A stretch of DNA of 64,000 bases from an uncultured Actinomycetes bacterium (GTDB lineage Bacteria > Actinomycetota > UBA4738 > JBBDTT01). Below, piece after piece: positions 36,303 to 46,301 of this stretch; within the stretch, counting starts at the first letter, position 1, and each line of letters starts with the position of its first letter. The position numbers were made by a program, and so were the translations under genes. Under the pieces are notes generated by a model, which was not told the DNA's origin, ran no database searches, and saw only the letters and a list, made by a program, of their open reading frames with translations. The stretch spans positions 544,001 through 608,000 of the forward strand of contig CAVUMN010000003.1 of assembly GCA_963742735.1 (NCBI GenBank), given 5' to 3'.

Positions 36303-36848
36303 ATGGTCAAGATCCGTCTCATGCGGATGGGCGCGAAGAAGCGTCCGTTCTTCCGCGTCGTGGTGGCCGACTCACGAAGCCCCCGCGACGGCCGCTTCAT
36401 CGAGAACATCGGGAAGTACCACCCACTCGAGGACCCCTCGCTCATCGAGATCGACGGCGAACGGGCCCTGCACTGGCTGAAGACCGGCGCCCAGCCCACC
36501 GAGGCCGTCACGAACCTGCTGCGGATCCAGGGGATCTGGGAGCAGTTCACCGGCGAGCCGACGCCCGCCGCCAAGCCGCCGAAGCCGCGGCGTCCTTCGA
36601 AGAAGAAGCAGAAGGCCGCCGCCGCCCCGCCCGCGGCGCCCGCCGCGGCCGCCGAGGAAGCCGCTCCGGCCGAGGAACCGGCTCCGGCCGAGGAACCGGC
36701 TCCGGCCGAGGAACCGGCTCCGGCCGAGGAACCGGCTCCGGCCGAGGAACCGGCTCCGGCCGAGGAACCGGCCGCTGCCGAGGAAGCTCCCGCCGCCGAG
36801 GAGGCGGCCCCGGCCGAGAAGCCGACGGCCGAGGGCGAGGATTCGTGA
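36303..36848 (+). CDS. rpsP: 30S ribosomal protein S16 with long acidic repeat tail
   Basis: [34 protein letters not shown]...GAQPT. Confidence 0.97.
   Translation: MVKIRLMRMGAKKRPFFRVVVADSRSPRDGRFIENIGKYHPLEDPSLIEIDGERALHWLKTGAQPTEAVTNLLRIQGIWEQFTGEPTPAAKPPKPRRPSKKKQKAAAAPPAAPAAAAEEAAPAEEPAPAEEPAPAEEPAPAEEPAPAEEPAPAEEPAAAEEAPAAEEAAPAEKPTAEGEDS
36663..36770 (+). repeat. 6 perfect in-frame copies of 18-bp GCTCCGGCCGAGGAACCG (APAEEP) in rpsP
   Basis: Counted directly; degenerate copies flank the array. Confidence 0.95.
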
Positions 36849-37075
36849 AGGAGCTGCTCGTCTACATCGCCCAGAACCTGGTCGACGACCCGGACGCGGT
36901 GGAGGTCGAGGAGATCCCCGGCGGCCGGACGACGGTGTACCAGCTGTCGGTGGCGCCGGACGATCGAGGCAAGGTCATCGGCCGTGGCGGCCGGACCGCG
37001 CGTGCCATCCGAACGCTGATGCGTGCGGCCGGCGTGCAGACCGGTTCGAACGCCATGGTCGAGATCGTGGGGTGA
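36845..37075 (+). CDS. khpA: KH-domain RNA-binding protein KhpA
   Basis: [26 protein letters not shown]; in the rpsP-khpA-rimM operon. Confidence 0.92.
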   Translation: MKELLVYIAQNLVDDPDAVEVEEIPGGRTTVYQLSVAPDDRGKVIGRGGRTARAIRTLMRAAGVQTGSNAMVEIVG

Positions 37076-37560
37076 TCGCCGTGGGCCGGGTCGCCCGGTC
37101 CCACGGGGTCAGAGGTGAGGTGGCCGTCGAGCTGCTCACCGAGGTCCCGGATCGGTTCGCGCCCGGCTCGACGCTCCAGGCCGAGGACGGCTCCTCTCTC
37201 ACCATCGAGTCCGCGCGTCCGCATCAGAGCCGGATGCTGGTGACCTTCCAGGGCGTCGGCGACCGAACCGCCGCCGACGCCCTTCGCGGCGCCTACCTCT
37301 TCGTGCCCGAGACGTCCCTCCCCGATCTCCCCGAGGGCCGCTACTGGCCGCACCAGCTCGAGGGGTGCGACGTGGTCGACGAGGACGGCCGGGCGATCGG
37401 CCGCCTGGTAGAGGTCCTCGCGGGGCCGGAGGGCGGCAACGACGTGTGGGCCGTGGACGGCGAGGGCGGCCGGCGGCTGGTCCCCGCGGTCCGCGACGCG
37501 GTCGTGTCGGTCGACGTCGGCGCGCGCCGGGTGGTCGTTCGCGCGGAGGCGCTCTCGTGA
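37072..37560 (+). CDS. rimM: ribosome maturation factor RimM
   Basis: VGRVARSHGVRGEV, YWPHQLEG, LVPAV. Confidence 0.93.
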   Translation: MIAVGRVARSHGVRGEVAVELLTEVPDRFAPGSTLQAEDGSSLTIESARPHQSRMLVTFQGVGDRTAADALRGAYLFVPETSLPDLPEGRYWPHQLEGCDVVDEDGRAIGRLVEVLAGPEGGNDVWAVDGEGGRRLVPAVRDAVVSVDVGARRVVVRAEALS

Positions 37561-38240
37561 GCGAACCGGGCCTGCGCGCGGATCTGCTGACGATCTTTCC
37601 GGGCTACTTCGAGAGCCCGCTCCGGGAGAGCCTGCTTGGCCGGGCCATCGGCTCCGGCGTCCTGGACGTGCGCGTGCACGACATCCGCGCCCACGCGACC
37701 GATCCGCATCGCCAGGTGGACGACGAGCCGTACGGGGGAGGGCCGGGCATGGTCATGCTGGCGGAGCCGATCGTCCGGGCGGTCGAGGCGATCGACGGAT
37801 CCCCGCGGGTCGTGCTGCTCTCCCCCCAGGGGAGGCTCCTGGACCAGGGGCTGGCCCGCGAGCTGTCGGCGGCGCGCCATCTGGCCCTGATCTGTGGGCG
37901 CTACGAGGGTGTCGACGAGCGGGTGGCCGAGGTCCTCGGCGCCGAGGAGCTCTCGGTGGGGGACTACGTCCTTCCCGGCGGCGAGCCGGCCGCGCTCGTC
38001 GTGCTCGAGGCCGTCGCCCGCCTGGTCCCGGGCGTCGTCGGGAACCCCGACTCGCTCACCGCCGACTCCTTCGAGCACGGCGTGTTCGACCATCCCCACT
38101 ACACCCGGCCGCGCGAGTACCGGGGCGCCGAGGTCCCGGAGGTGCTGCTCTCGGGCGACCACGGCAAGGTCGACGAGTGGCGTCGCGAGCGCGCCCTGGA
38201 GAAGACGAAACGCAACCGCCCGGACCTGCTCGAGTCCTAG
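37557..38240 (+). CDS. trmD: tRNA (guanine37-N1)-methyltransferase
   Basis: VDDEPYGGGPGMV, CGRYEGVDER, SVGDYVL.GGE, YTRP, LLSGDH. Confidence 0.97.
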   Translation: MSEPGLRADLLTIFPGYFESPLRESLLGRAIGSGVLDVRVHDIRAHATDPHRQVDDEPYGGGPGMVMLAEPIVRAVEAIDGSPRVVLLSPQGRLLDQGLARELSAARHLALICGRYEGVDERVAEVLGAEELSVGDYVLPGGEPAALVVLEAVARLVPGVVGNPDSLTADSFEHGVFDHPHYTRPREYRGAEVPEVLLSGDHGKVDEWRRERALEKTKRNRPDLLES

Positions 38241-38653
38241 AAAACCGGGTTCACGGTGGCGTGGAGTACCGCCCACAGGCGGATGAACAAGATGGTCCCC
38301 GAAAGCGCCGTCAGGATCGCCCCCAGGAGCGTGGCTCCGTATCCGTCGGTCCTCGGGTAGCGGCCGACGTGGATCAGCACCACGGCGTAGATCAGGAACC
38401 CGAGCCCGACCGCCAGCCCGGTCAGCAGAAACCAATCGAACGCGAGCATCACGGGGCGCTCCAGGAAGGGCGGATAGGGGGAGCCGACGAGGTCGGCTCC
38501 CCGCGCGTCGTCGACGAACTTGGACACCAGGAACGCGCCGACGCCGAACACGCTGCCGACGGTGCCGCCGATCACCCCCCAGCGACGTTCGCGCCGGGCG
38601 TTCAGTCCTTGGGTGCGCTCAACGGGGGCGTCGTGGTCGGGACCGATCGGCAC
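38237..38653 (-). CDS. hypothetical membrane protein (about 3 TM)
   Basis: Hydrophobic segments; fills the gap between trmD and rplS; start uncertain. Confidence 0.55.
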   Translation of the reverse strand: MPIGPDHDAPVERTQGLNARRERRWGVIGGTVGSVFGVGAFLVSKFVDDARGADLVGSPYPPFLERPVMLAFDWFLLTGLAVGLGFLIYAVVLIHVGRYPRTDGYGATLLGAILTALSGTILFIRLWAVLHATVNPVF

Positions 38654-38757
38654 GGGGGATGTTGTACTGCTTCGGGGGTGATTTCGCACGTCAGGGGCCC
38701 GCGATTGCGGAAATGCGGCTGCTATCATGAGCGCTCCCGACTCGAGGGAACTCTGCG

Positions 38758-39165
38758 GTGAACCGAATCGATCTCATCGAAACCGCGCGCCTGCGCGACG
38801 ACATCCCGGACTTTCGCCCGGGCGACAGCGTCAAGGTCCACGTCAAGGTGGCCGAGGCCGGGCGCGAGCGCATCCAGGTGTTCCAGGGTGTCGTCCTGCG
38901 CCGCCAGAACGGCGGGCTTCGCGAGACGTTCACGGTGCGCAAGATGTCCTTCGGCGTCGGGGTCGAGCGGACGTTCCCGATCCACACGCCGACGATCTCG
39001 AAGATCGAGGTGGTGAGCCGCGGCCGGGTCCGCCGCGCCAAGCTCTACTACCTCCGCGAGCGGCGGGGGAAGGCGGCCCGGATCCGCGAGCGTCGCGAAC
39101 CAGCGGGGAAGGCCACGGCGGTCGCGGCCGAGCCGGTCGACGCCGGCGACGCTGCGGAGGAGTAG
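38758..39165 (+). CDS. rplS: 50S ribosomal protein L19
   Basis: [37 protein letters not shown]. Confidence 0.97.
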   Translation: MNRIDLIETARLRDDIPDFRPGDSVKVHVKVAEAGRERIQVFQGVVLRRQNGGLRETFTVRKMSFGVGVERTFPIHTPTISKIEVVSRGRVRRAKLYYLRERRGKAARIRERREPAGKATAVAAEPVDAGDAAEE

Positions 39166-39169
39166 CCGG

Positions 39170-39898
39170 GTGGCGCGCGGGCCGCGCGCGGGGGACGAGA
39201 CCCGGACCGACACGGACACGCTGACGGTATCGCCGGGTCCCGACGGGCCCGCCGAGCCGCCGGTCGACTGGACCGGTCGCGACAAGCGCGACAAGGACCG
39301 GGGCCCTCTCGGGTTCCTGCGCGAGCTCCCGATCCTGATCGTCGTCGCCTTCGTCCTGGCCCTGCTGATCAAGACGTTCCTGGTCCAGGCGTTCTTCATC
39401 CCCTCGGAGTCGATGGTCCCCACGCTGGCGGTGGGCGACCGGGTGCTCGTCAACAAGGTCGTGTACCACCTGCACCCGCCCCGGAGGGGCGACATCATCG
39501 TGTTCGCGGAGCCCCACCCCGGCCCCGAGGACGAGCGGTCGGCGTGGCAGTCGTTCACCCACTGGCTCACCGACGGCCTGGGGGTGACCCAGGACCCCAC
39601 CAAGGACTACATCAAGCGGGTGATCGCGCTTCCGGGGGAGACCATCGAGGTCCGCCAGGGCCAGGTGTACGTCGACGGCCGTCCGCTCAACGAGCCGTAC
39701 CTCTCGCCGATCGAGGACGTCTCCTCGTTCCCGGCCCACACCGTCCCCGAGGGGATGCTGTTCGTGATGGGCGACAACCGCACCAACTCCCAGGACTCAC
39801 GATCGCTCCTCGGGGACATCCCACTCGAGAAGGTGGTTGGCAAGGCGTTCGTGGTCATCTGGCCCCCCTCGGACCTGCGGTGGCTCCCCGGCACGTAG
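39170..39898 (+). CDS. lepB: signal peptidase I
   Basis: IPSESMVPTL, YIKRVIA, MGDNRTNSQDSR. Confidence 0.96.
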   Translation: MARGPRAGDETRTDTDTLTVSPGPDGPAEPPVDWTGRDKRDKDRGPLGFLRELPILIVVAFVLALLIKTFLVQAFFIPSESMVPTLAVGDRVLVNKVVYHLHPPRRGDIIVFAEPHPGPEDERSAWQSFTHWLTDGLGVTQDPTKDYIKRVIALPGETIEVRQGQVYVDGRPLNEPYLSPIEDVSSFPAHTVPEGMLFVMGDNRTNSQDSRSLLGDIPLEKVVGKAFVVIWPPSDLRWLPGT

Positions 39899-40572
39899 AC
39901 GACCTCGATCGTTACGAGCGTCGTCTCCGGGCGAATGGCTTCTCGCGCGTGGCCGGGATCGACGAGGCCGGTCGGGGCGCGCTCGCCGGGCCGCTGGTCG
40001 TGGCGGCGGTGATCCTTCCCGAGGGCTTCGACCTCGACGGCGTCGACGACTCCAAGGTGCTGAGCGCCCCGCAGCGAGAGCGGGCGTACGCCCGGATCGT
40101 CCAGGAGGCGATCGCGTGGTCGGTGTCCAAGGCGCTTCCCCGCCGGATCGATCACCGAGGCCTGCATCGCTCGAACCTCGCCCTGTTCCGCCGCGTGATC
40201 CGGGACCTCCCGGTGCCCCCGGATTACGTGCTGGCGGACGGGTTCCCGCTGAAGGCGTTTCCCTACCCGCACCTGTCGATCAAGAAGGGCGACGCGGTGA
40301 CCGCCTCGGTGGCCGCGGCGTCGATCGTGGCGAAGGTGACGCGAGACCACATCATGGAGCGCTATCACAGGCGGTATCCCGCGTACGGGTTCAAGCAGAA
40401 CAAGGGATACGGCACCGCGTCGCATCGCGACGCCCTCCTCCGCCTGGGGCCGACGCCCATCCACCGGCACTCCTTCATGGGGATCGCGACCGGCTACTAC
40501 CCCAATCCCAAGGGCCTGGAGCTGCGTCGCCGGAGGCCGGATGCCCCGGGCGGGCGGATAATGGAGCCGTGA
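39895..40572 (+). CDS. rnhB: ribonuclease HII (start uncertain)
   Basis: AGIDEAGRGALAGP, DSK, ADG, KGD, AAASIVAKVTRD, KGYGT, HRHSF. First canonical start after lepB is GTG 39949. Confidence 0.93.
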   Translation, partial: VDDLDRYERRLRANGFSRVAGIDEAGRGALAGPLVVAAVILPEGFDLDGVDDSKVLSAPQRERAYARIVQEAIAWSVSKALPRRIDHRGLHRSNLALFRRVIRDLPVPPDYVLADGFPLKAFPYPHLSIKKGDAVTASVAAASIVAKVTRDHIMERYHRRYPAYGFKQNKGYGTASHRDALLRLGPTPIHRHSFMGIATGYYPNPKGLELRRRRPDAPGGRIMEP

Positions 40573-40892
40573 GCACCGACGACCTCGAGAAGTTCGAAAC
40601 CGAGATGGAGCTGCAGCTCTACCGCGAGTATCGCGACGTGCTCCCGATGTTCTCCCACGTGGTCGAGACGGAGCGGCGGTTCTACCTGGCGAACGTCGTC
40701 GACGTGGAGCGCCACGAGGGTGGCGGCGGAGTGTGGTTCGAGATCGTCCTGTCCGACGCCTGGGTGTGGGACATGTACCGCTCGGCCCGGTTCGTTTCGA
40801 AGGTCCGCGTTCTCACGACCCGGGACGTCAACATCGAGGAGCTGGCCCACAAGTCGGTTCCCGACTCTCCCGAGGAGCTCGACTCCCTCTAG
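40569..40892 (+). CDS. DUF2469 family protein
   Basis: MSTDDLEKFETEMELQLYREYRDV...ETERRFYLAN...DAWVWDMYR; actinobacterial rnhB neighbour. Confidence 0.92.
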   Translation: MSTDDLEKFETEMELQLYREYRDVLPMFSHVVETERRFYLANVVDVERHEGGGGVWFEIVLSDAWVWDMYRSARFVSKVRVLTTRDVNIEELAHKSVPDSPEELDSL

Positions 40893-40923
40893 TCGTGTCG
40901 GTGGCCCGCGCTAGCGTGCGTGC

Positions 40924-41274
40924 GTGGCCGCCTCGACGGATCGCGAAGCGCTGGGGCGCGACGGCGAGCGAGCGGCCCTGCGCTGGTACCTGGCCCGCGG
41001 CTTCCGGCTCCTCGCCCGCAACTGGCGTTGCTCGATCGGCGAGCTCGACCTGGTCGTGCGCCGGGGCCGCCTGGTCGCGTTCGTCGAGGTCAAGACGCGT
41101 GGCGGCGCGGCGTTCGGCGGCGGATACGAGGCGGTCGGCTGGAAGAAGCAGCGCAAGCTCCGCCAGCTGGCCGACGCCTTCGTGGCCGCCCACGGCGCGC
41201 CCGGGCTCGACTATCGCTTCGACGTCGCCAGCGTGATGGGCGCGGACGTCCACGTCTTCGAGGACGCCTTCTAG
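40924..41274 (+). CDS. yraN: YraN family endonuclease-like protein (UPF0102)
   Basis: LGRDGE, RNWRC..GELDLV, FVEVKTR, RFDV. Confidence 0.92.
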   Translation: MAASTDREALGRDGERAALRWYLARGFRLLARNWRCSIGELDLVVRRGRLVAFVEVKTRGGAAFGGGYEAVGWKKQRKLRQLADAFVAAHGAPGLDYRFDVASVMGADVHVFEDAF

Positions 41275-41310
41275 GGACGTGTCAGTGCCTCGCGCTAGCG
41301 TTCGCGGGTC

Positions 41311-42849
41311 GTGTACGGACGGGCGGTCGGCGTGGCGGTCGTGGGGATCGAGGGTCACCTCATCCAGGTCGAGGCCCACGTCGGGCGAGGGCTCCCCTCT
41401 CTCGCCCTGACGGGATTACCCGGGGCCTCCGTCCAGGACGCCCGCGACCGGGTACGGCCGGCGGTCGAGAACGCCGGGCTCGAATGGCCCCTGCGCCGGG
41501 TGACGGTGAATCTCAGCCCGGCCGAGCTGCGCAAGGACGGGCCGGGGTTCGACCTGCCGATCGCGATGGCCGTCCTGGCGGCGAGCGGGCAGGTCAAAGG
41601 AGGCGGGCTGGCCCGCTACGGTTTCTTCGGCGAGCTCTCCCTGACCGGCGCCCTCGTGCGGACGCCCGGCGTGCTGGCCGTCGCGGTCGCGGCTGCGCGA
41701 GACGGGCTGGACGGCGTGGTGGTGCCCGAGGCGAACGCGGTCGAGGCGTCGCTCGTGGAGGGGCTCCAGGTCGTGGGCGCGCCCTCGATCGCGCGAGTAG
41801 TGGAGTTCCTGAAGGGGCAGTGGAGGCCCGAGCGGCCCGGCGAGCACCCTCCGCCGCCGGTGGTGGACGACGTGGACCTGGCCGAGGTGCGGGGGCAGAC
41901 CGTGGCCCGCCGCGCGCTGGAGGTCGCCGCGGCCGGAGCCCACAACCTGCTCATGGTCGGGCCCCCCGGGTCGGGCAAGACCATGCTCGCGCGCCGGCTC
42001 GCCACGATTCTGCCCGGCATGACCCGCGACGAGGCGCTGGAGGTCACGCGCCTGCAGTCCGTCGCCGGCCTCCTTCCTCCCGGCGGCGGGCTCGTCCACG
42101 CCAGGCCGTTCCGAAATCCGCATCACACGATCTCGGCGGCGGGACTGCTCGGCAGCGGCAGCGGGGCCTTTCGCCCCGGCGAGGTCTCCCTCGCCAGTCA
42201 CGGGGTGCTGTTCCTCGACGAGGTGACCGAGCTCCGCCGCGATGCCCTCGAGGGGCTCCGCCAGCCGCTCGAGGAGGGGCGGGTGGTGATCACGCGGGCC
42301 GCGGGGACCGTGGTGTTCCCGGCCCGCTTCGCGCTCGTCGCCGCGGCGAACCCGTGTCCGTGCGGGTTCGCGGGCGACCCCCGGCGCACCTGTGAGTGCC
42401 CGCCGCACCGGGTGCTGGCGTACCGACTGAAGCTCTCCGGCCCGCTGCTCGACCGGGTCGACCTGCGGCTGGACGTGCCCAGGCTGTCCAAGGCCGAGCT
42501 CCTCGGACGGGAGGCGGGTGAGCCCTCCTCGGCCGTGCGAGCCCGGGTCGAGGAGGCGCGAGCGCGCCAGCGCCGGCGGTTCGAGGGAACCCGCATCCGG
42601 TCGAACGCCGAGATGCCGGGGGCGCTTGCCCGCGCCGAGGTCCGGCTGAGCGACGATGCGGCGGCCCTGCTGTCGCGGGCGGTCGATGCGCTGGCCCTGT
42701 CCGGACGCGGGTTCGATCGAGCGCTCCGGGTGGCCCGCACGGTCGCCGACCTCGACGGGCGCGACACGGTCGACGCCGGCAACGTCGCCGAGGCGCTCTC
42801 GTACCGCGCCGACGAGCGTGTAGTGGCGGAGATCGCCGGTGCCGGCTGA
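41311..42849 (+). CDS. comM: YifB/ComM Mg-chelatase-like AAA ATPase
   Basis: VNLSPA, DLPIA, GELSL, GPPGSGKTMLA, RPGEVSLA, LRQPLE, NPCPCG, SGPLLDR. Confidence 0.93.
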   Translation: MYGRAVGVAVVGIEGHLIQVEAHVGRGLPSLALTGLPGASVQDARDRVRPAVENAGLEWPLRRVTVNLSPAELRKDGPGFDLPIAMAVLAASGQVKGGGLARYGFFGELSLTGALVRTPGVLAVAVAAARDGLDGVVVPEANAVEASLVEGLQVVGAPSIARVVEFLKGQWRPERPGEHPPPPVVDDVDLAEVRGQTVARRALEVAAAGAHNLLMVGPPGSGKTMLARRLATILPGMTRDEALEVTRLQSVAGLLPPGGGLVHARPFRNPHHTISAAGLLGSGSGAFRPGEVSLASHGVLFLDEVTELRRDALEGLRQPLEEGRVVITRAAGTVVFPARFALVAAANPCPCGFAGDPRRTCECPPHRVLAYRLKLSGPLLDRVDLRLDVPRLSKAELLGREAGEPSSAVRARVEEARARQRRRFEGTRIRSNAEMPGALARAEVRLSDDAAALLSRAVDALALSGRGFDRALRVARTVADLDGRDTVDAGNVAEALSYRADERVVAEIAGAG

Positions 42850-43969
42850 GACCGCGGTCGTCACCCGCTGGCCCGACGGCTTCGCGGACACCGAGGCCGA
42901 CCGGCGGGCGGCCCTGGTCCTGTCCCATCTCCGAGGTATCTCCCCGCGGCGGATGACCGCGCTGGCCTCCGCCGAAGGGGGCGCCACCGCGATGCTCGCG
43001 GCGATCCGCCGCGGGGCCGCCGGCAGCGCAGGCGACCGCACGTTCCTGGCCTCGGCCGATCTCGCGAGCATGGAGGCCGTCGTCGCCGCGTGCGGAGCCC
43101 GGTTCGCCGTGGCCGGAGGCGCCGAGTACCCGAGGGGGCTCCTCGACCTCGACGACCCACCGATCGGGGTGTTCCTGCGGGGCCGAACGCTCGAGCACGA
43201 CCGGCCGGCGGTGGCGATCGTCGGAGCCCGCAACTGCACCCCCTACGGATCGGAGGTCGCCACCGCGCTCGGGGCGGGGCTCGCCGCGGCGGGGGTGGTC
43301 GTGGTGAGCGGCGCGGCCCGGGGGATCGACGCGGCGTCTCATGGGGGCGCACTTCGAGCCGAGGGGCGGACGGTCGCCGTGCTCGGCTGCGGCGTCGACA
43401 TCGCGTACCCGGCCAGCAGCCGCCGGCTTCTGGAGCGCATCGGCGAGGCCGGGACGATCCTCAGCGAGTATCCGCCCGGCACACGTGCCGAGCCGTTCCG
43501 CTTCCCGGCCCGGAACCGGATCGTGGCGGCGATGTCCCGGGCCGTCGTGGTCGTCGAGGGTGCGTCCGGGAGCGGCTCGAACATCACGGTCGACCATGCC
43601 CACGACAGCGGGCGCGACGTGTTCGCCGTCCCGGGGCCGGTGACCGGGCCGCTGTCCGCGGTGCCCAACGAGCTGATCCGGACGGGGGCATCCCTGGTCC
43701 GGGACGCCGCCGACGTGCTGTCCGAGCTCGGCCTGGGCGAGGGATCGGGGCCGGTGGCGCCTCCCGATCTGCCCGAGGACCTGGCCCGCGTGCTGGGAAC
43801 GCTCGGCGGCCCGCCCGAGGGGCCGGAGAGCATCGCCGACCGCCTCGCCGCCGGCCTGGGCGAGGTGCTGTCCGCGTTGCTGGATCTGGAGATGCGGGGC
43901 CTCGTCCGCCGGGTGGGCGGCCGCTTCGAGCGGACGCTGCTCGCCGGCCGTTCCCGGGTGGCAGACTGA
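42839..43969 (+). CDS. dprA: DNA-processing protein DprA
   Basis: AIVGAR, VSGAARGIDAASH, SEYPPG, FPARNRI, FAVPG. Confidence 0.95.
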   Translation: MPAETAVVTRWPDGFADTEADRRAALVLSHLRGISPRRMTALASAEGGATAMLAAIRRGAAGSAGDRTFLASADLASMEAVVAACGARFAVAGGAEYPRGLLDLDDPPIGVFLRGRTLEHDRPAVAIVGARNCTPYGSEVATALGAGLAAAGVVVVSGAARGIDAASHGGALRAEGRTVAVLGCGVDIAYPASSRRLLERIGEAGTILSEYPPGTRAEPFRFPARNRIVAAMSRAVVVVEGASGSGSNITVDHAHDSGRDVFAVPGPVTGPLSAVPNELIRTGASLVRDAADVLSELGLGEGSGPVAPPDLPEDLARVLGTLGGPPEGPESIADRLAAGLGEVLSALLDLEMRGLVRRVGGRFERTLLAGRSRVAD

Positions 43970-43973
43970 GGGG

Positions 43974-44456
43974 GTGGAGCCGGAGGCCGAGCTGCTCGAC
44001 CTGCCGAAGGAGTACGGGACGCCGAAGACCGTGCTGTCGTGGTCGGTCGTCCGCGAGAAGCTCGAGGCGGCCCCCGTGTACTGGCTCGCGACCACCCGTC
44101 CCGACGGGCGCCCCCACGTCGTGCCCCGCGACGGGATCTGGGTGGACGACGCCCTCTTCTACGGTGGCGCGCAAGAGACGGTTCATCACCGGAACGTGCA
44201 GGCGAACCCGAACGTGGTCGTCACGATCGGGGAGGGTCTCGAGGCGGTGATCATCGAGGGGGAGGTCCCTACCGAACCCCGGATCGAGCCCGAGCTGGCG
44301 CTGCGCCTGGCCGCGGCGCAGAACGCCAAATACCCCCAGTACGGCAAGGCGTCGCCCGACCAGTTCCGGGGCCCGGGCGCGCTGGTCGTTCGGCCCCGGC
44401 GCGTCATCGCGTGGACCGAGTACCCGGCGAACGCCACGCGCTTCCACTTCCGGTAG
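43974..44456 (+). CDS. pyridoxamine 5'-phosphate oxidase-like (possibly F420-dependent) protein
   Basis: YWLATTRPDGRPHVVP, RNVQANPNV, ATRF. Confidence 0.85.
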   Translation: MEPEAELLDLPKEYGTPKTVLSWSVVREKLEAAPVYWLATTRPDGRPHVVPRDGIWVDDALFYGGAQETVHHRNVQANPNVVVTIGEGLEAVIIEGEVPTEPRIEPELALRLAAAQNAKYPQYGKASPDQFRGPGALVVRPRRVIAWTEYPANATRFHFR

Positions 44457-44481
44457 GTCTCCTCGTGCTACAAGGGAGGCG

Positions 44482-45438
44482 ATGCCACCTTCCCCCGAAG
44501 TGCGACAACCGACACCGGCCGAGTCCGATCCGGACCTGGCCGACCGGCCGAGCCCCCGTGACGCCGCGCTGATCGGCGCGTTCCTGGATCACCTGGAGCA
44601 CGGCCGGCGCCTGTCGCCCAACACGATCGCCGCCTATCGCGTGGACCTGGAAGGTCTGGGGACGTTCCTGGCCCGCTACGGGGCCGGGCTGCTCGAGGCG
44701 GATCACCCGACGCTGAGACGGTGGCTCGCCCACCTGAGCACCCGCGGATACGCCCGGACCTCGATCGCGCGCAAGGCCGCGGCCGTCCGGTCGCTCTACA
44801 AGCACCTTCGCCGAGGGGGCGGCCTCGCGGTGGACCCGTCGGAGATGCTCTCGGCGCCGAAGGCTCCCTCCCGGCTGCCCGTGATCCTCAAGCCGGCCGA
44901 GGCCGCCGCCCTGGTCGAGTCGCCCTCGGGAGAGGATCCCTGGTCCCGGCGCGACCGCGCGCTGCTCGAGCTGATGTACGGCTCTGGCCTGCGCGTCGGG
45001 GAGGTCTCCGGGCTCGACATCGCCGACGTCGACCTTCGACGGATGCGGGTTCGCGTCCTCGGGAAGGGATCGAAGGAGCGCGACGTTCCACTTGGTGACC
45101 TCTCCGTGGAGGCGATCGAGCGCTGGCTCGACACACGGGGGACGGTCGCGAACGACCAGGAGCCGGCCTTGTTCGTGAATCGTCGTGGACGGCGGGCGAC
45201 CCCTCGCGACATGCGCGCCGCGGTGGAACAATATCGACGCGTCTCACTCGAGGCCCGGCGGGTGAGCCCGCACGCGCTGAGGCACGCCTACGCAACGCAC
45301 CTGCTGGAGGGAGGCGCCGACATCAGAGCGGTCCAGGAGCTCCTGGGCCACGCGAGCCTGGCCACCACGCAGCGCTACACCCACGTCTCACGCGGCCGGT
45401 TGTTCGCCGCGTACCGCCAGGGACACCCCCGCGCCTGA
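44482..45438 (+). CDS. xerC: tyrosine recombinase XerC
   Basis: [49 protein letters not shown]; canonical position after dprA. Confidence 0.9.
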   Translation: MPPSPEVRQPTPAESDPDLADRPSPRDAALIGAFLDHLEHGRRLSPNTIAAYRVDLEGLGTFLARYGAGLLEADHPTLRRWLAHLSTRGYARTSIARKAAAVRSLYKHLRRGGGLAVDPSEMLSAPKAPSRLPVILKPAEAAALVESPSGEDPWSRRDRALLELMYGSGLRVGEVSGLDIADVDLRRMRVRVLGKGSKERDVPLGDLSVEAIERWLDTRGTVANDQEPALFVNRRGRRATPRDMRAAVEQYRRVSLEARRVSPHALRHAYATHLLEGGADIRAVQELLGHASLATTQRYTHVSRGRLFAAYRQGHPRA

Positions 45439-46232
45439 TGGCCAGCGAAGCGCCCCCCTTCGACGCCCCCGCCTCCGTCCTCGACCGCCTGTGGCAGGAC
45501 TTCAAGGCGAGCGCCTCCCCCAAGGCCCGAGAACAGCTGATCCTGCACTACTCGCCGCTGGTGAAGTACGTGGCCAGCCGTCTCGCCAGCGGGCTGCCCG
45601 CCAACGTCGAGCAGGGCGACCTGGTCTCCTACGGCATCTTCGGGCTCATCGACGCGCTGGAGAAGTTCGACATGGGCCGGGCCATCAAGTTCGAGACCTA
45701 CGCCGTTCCCCGGATCCGGGGGGCGATCATCGACGGGATGCGGGCCAACGACTGGGTTCCGCGCTCGGTTCGATCGAAGGCTCGCGAGGTGGACAAGGCG
45801 ATCACCGGGCTGGAGTCCTCGCTGGGGCGGACCCCCACGGACGAGGAGGTGGCGGGCCGGATGGGCCTGAGCCAGGGGGAGCTCCGCGACACCATGAATC
45901 AGATCTCGTTCGTGTCCGTCATGGCCCTCGACGAGCTCCTGCACACCAGCGAGGGCGAGGGGATGTCGCTGCTCGAGACGCTGCCGGATCGCAGCGCGCT
46001 CGACGCCAGCGGGCCGATGGAGAGCCAGGAGGGCCGGGCCATGCTCGCCCAGGCGATCAACGCGCTCGCGGAGCGGGAGAAGATCGTGGTCACCCTCTAC
46101 TACTTCGAGGGCCTGACCCTGAACGAGATCGGCGGTGTGCTCGGGGTCACCGAGTCTCGGGTCTGCCAGATCCACACCAAGGCGGTCGGCTCGCTCCGGG
46201 GCTTGCTCGCGGACGATCCCGACGAGGACTGA
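45438..46232 (+). CDS. whiG: FliA/WhiG family RNA polymerase sigma factor (sigma28)
   Basis: [74 protein letters not shown]. Confidence 0.9.
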   Translation: MASEAPPFDAPASVLDRLWQDFKASASPKAREQLILHYSPLVKYVASRLASGLPANVEQGDLVSYGIFGLIDALEKFDMGRAIKFETYAVPRIRGAIIDGMRANDWVPRSVRSKAREVDKAITGLESSLGRTPTDEEVAGRMGLSQGELRDTMNQISFVSVMALDELLHTSEGEGMSLLETLPDRSALDASGPMESQEGRAMLAQAINALAEREKIVVTLYYFEGLTLNEIGGVLGVTESRVCQIHTKAVGSLRGLLADDPDED

Positions 46233-46301
46233 GCCCTCGACGACCGGCCGTGTCACTGGGTCGTGCCAGACTGCGGTCACCTCCGGGGTGCGAGGGATCC
46301 G

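Noticed and set aside
36663-36770. Possible CRISPR array
   Set aside because: Head-to-tail 18-bp repeats with no spacers, in frame within rpsP; no cas genes.
44482-45438. Tyrosine recombinase as a prophage/island integrase
   Set aside because: XerC-like size, motifs and position after dprA; no att sites, tRNA or cargo seen.
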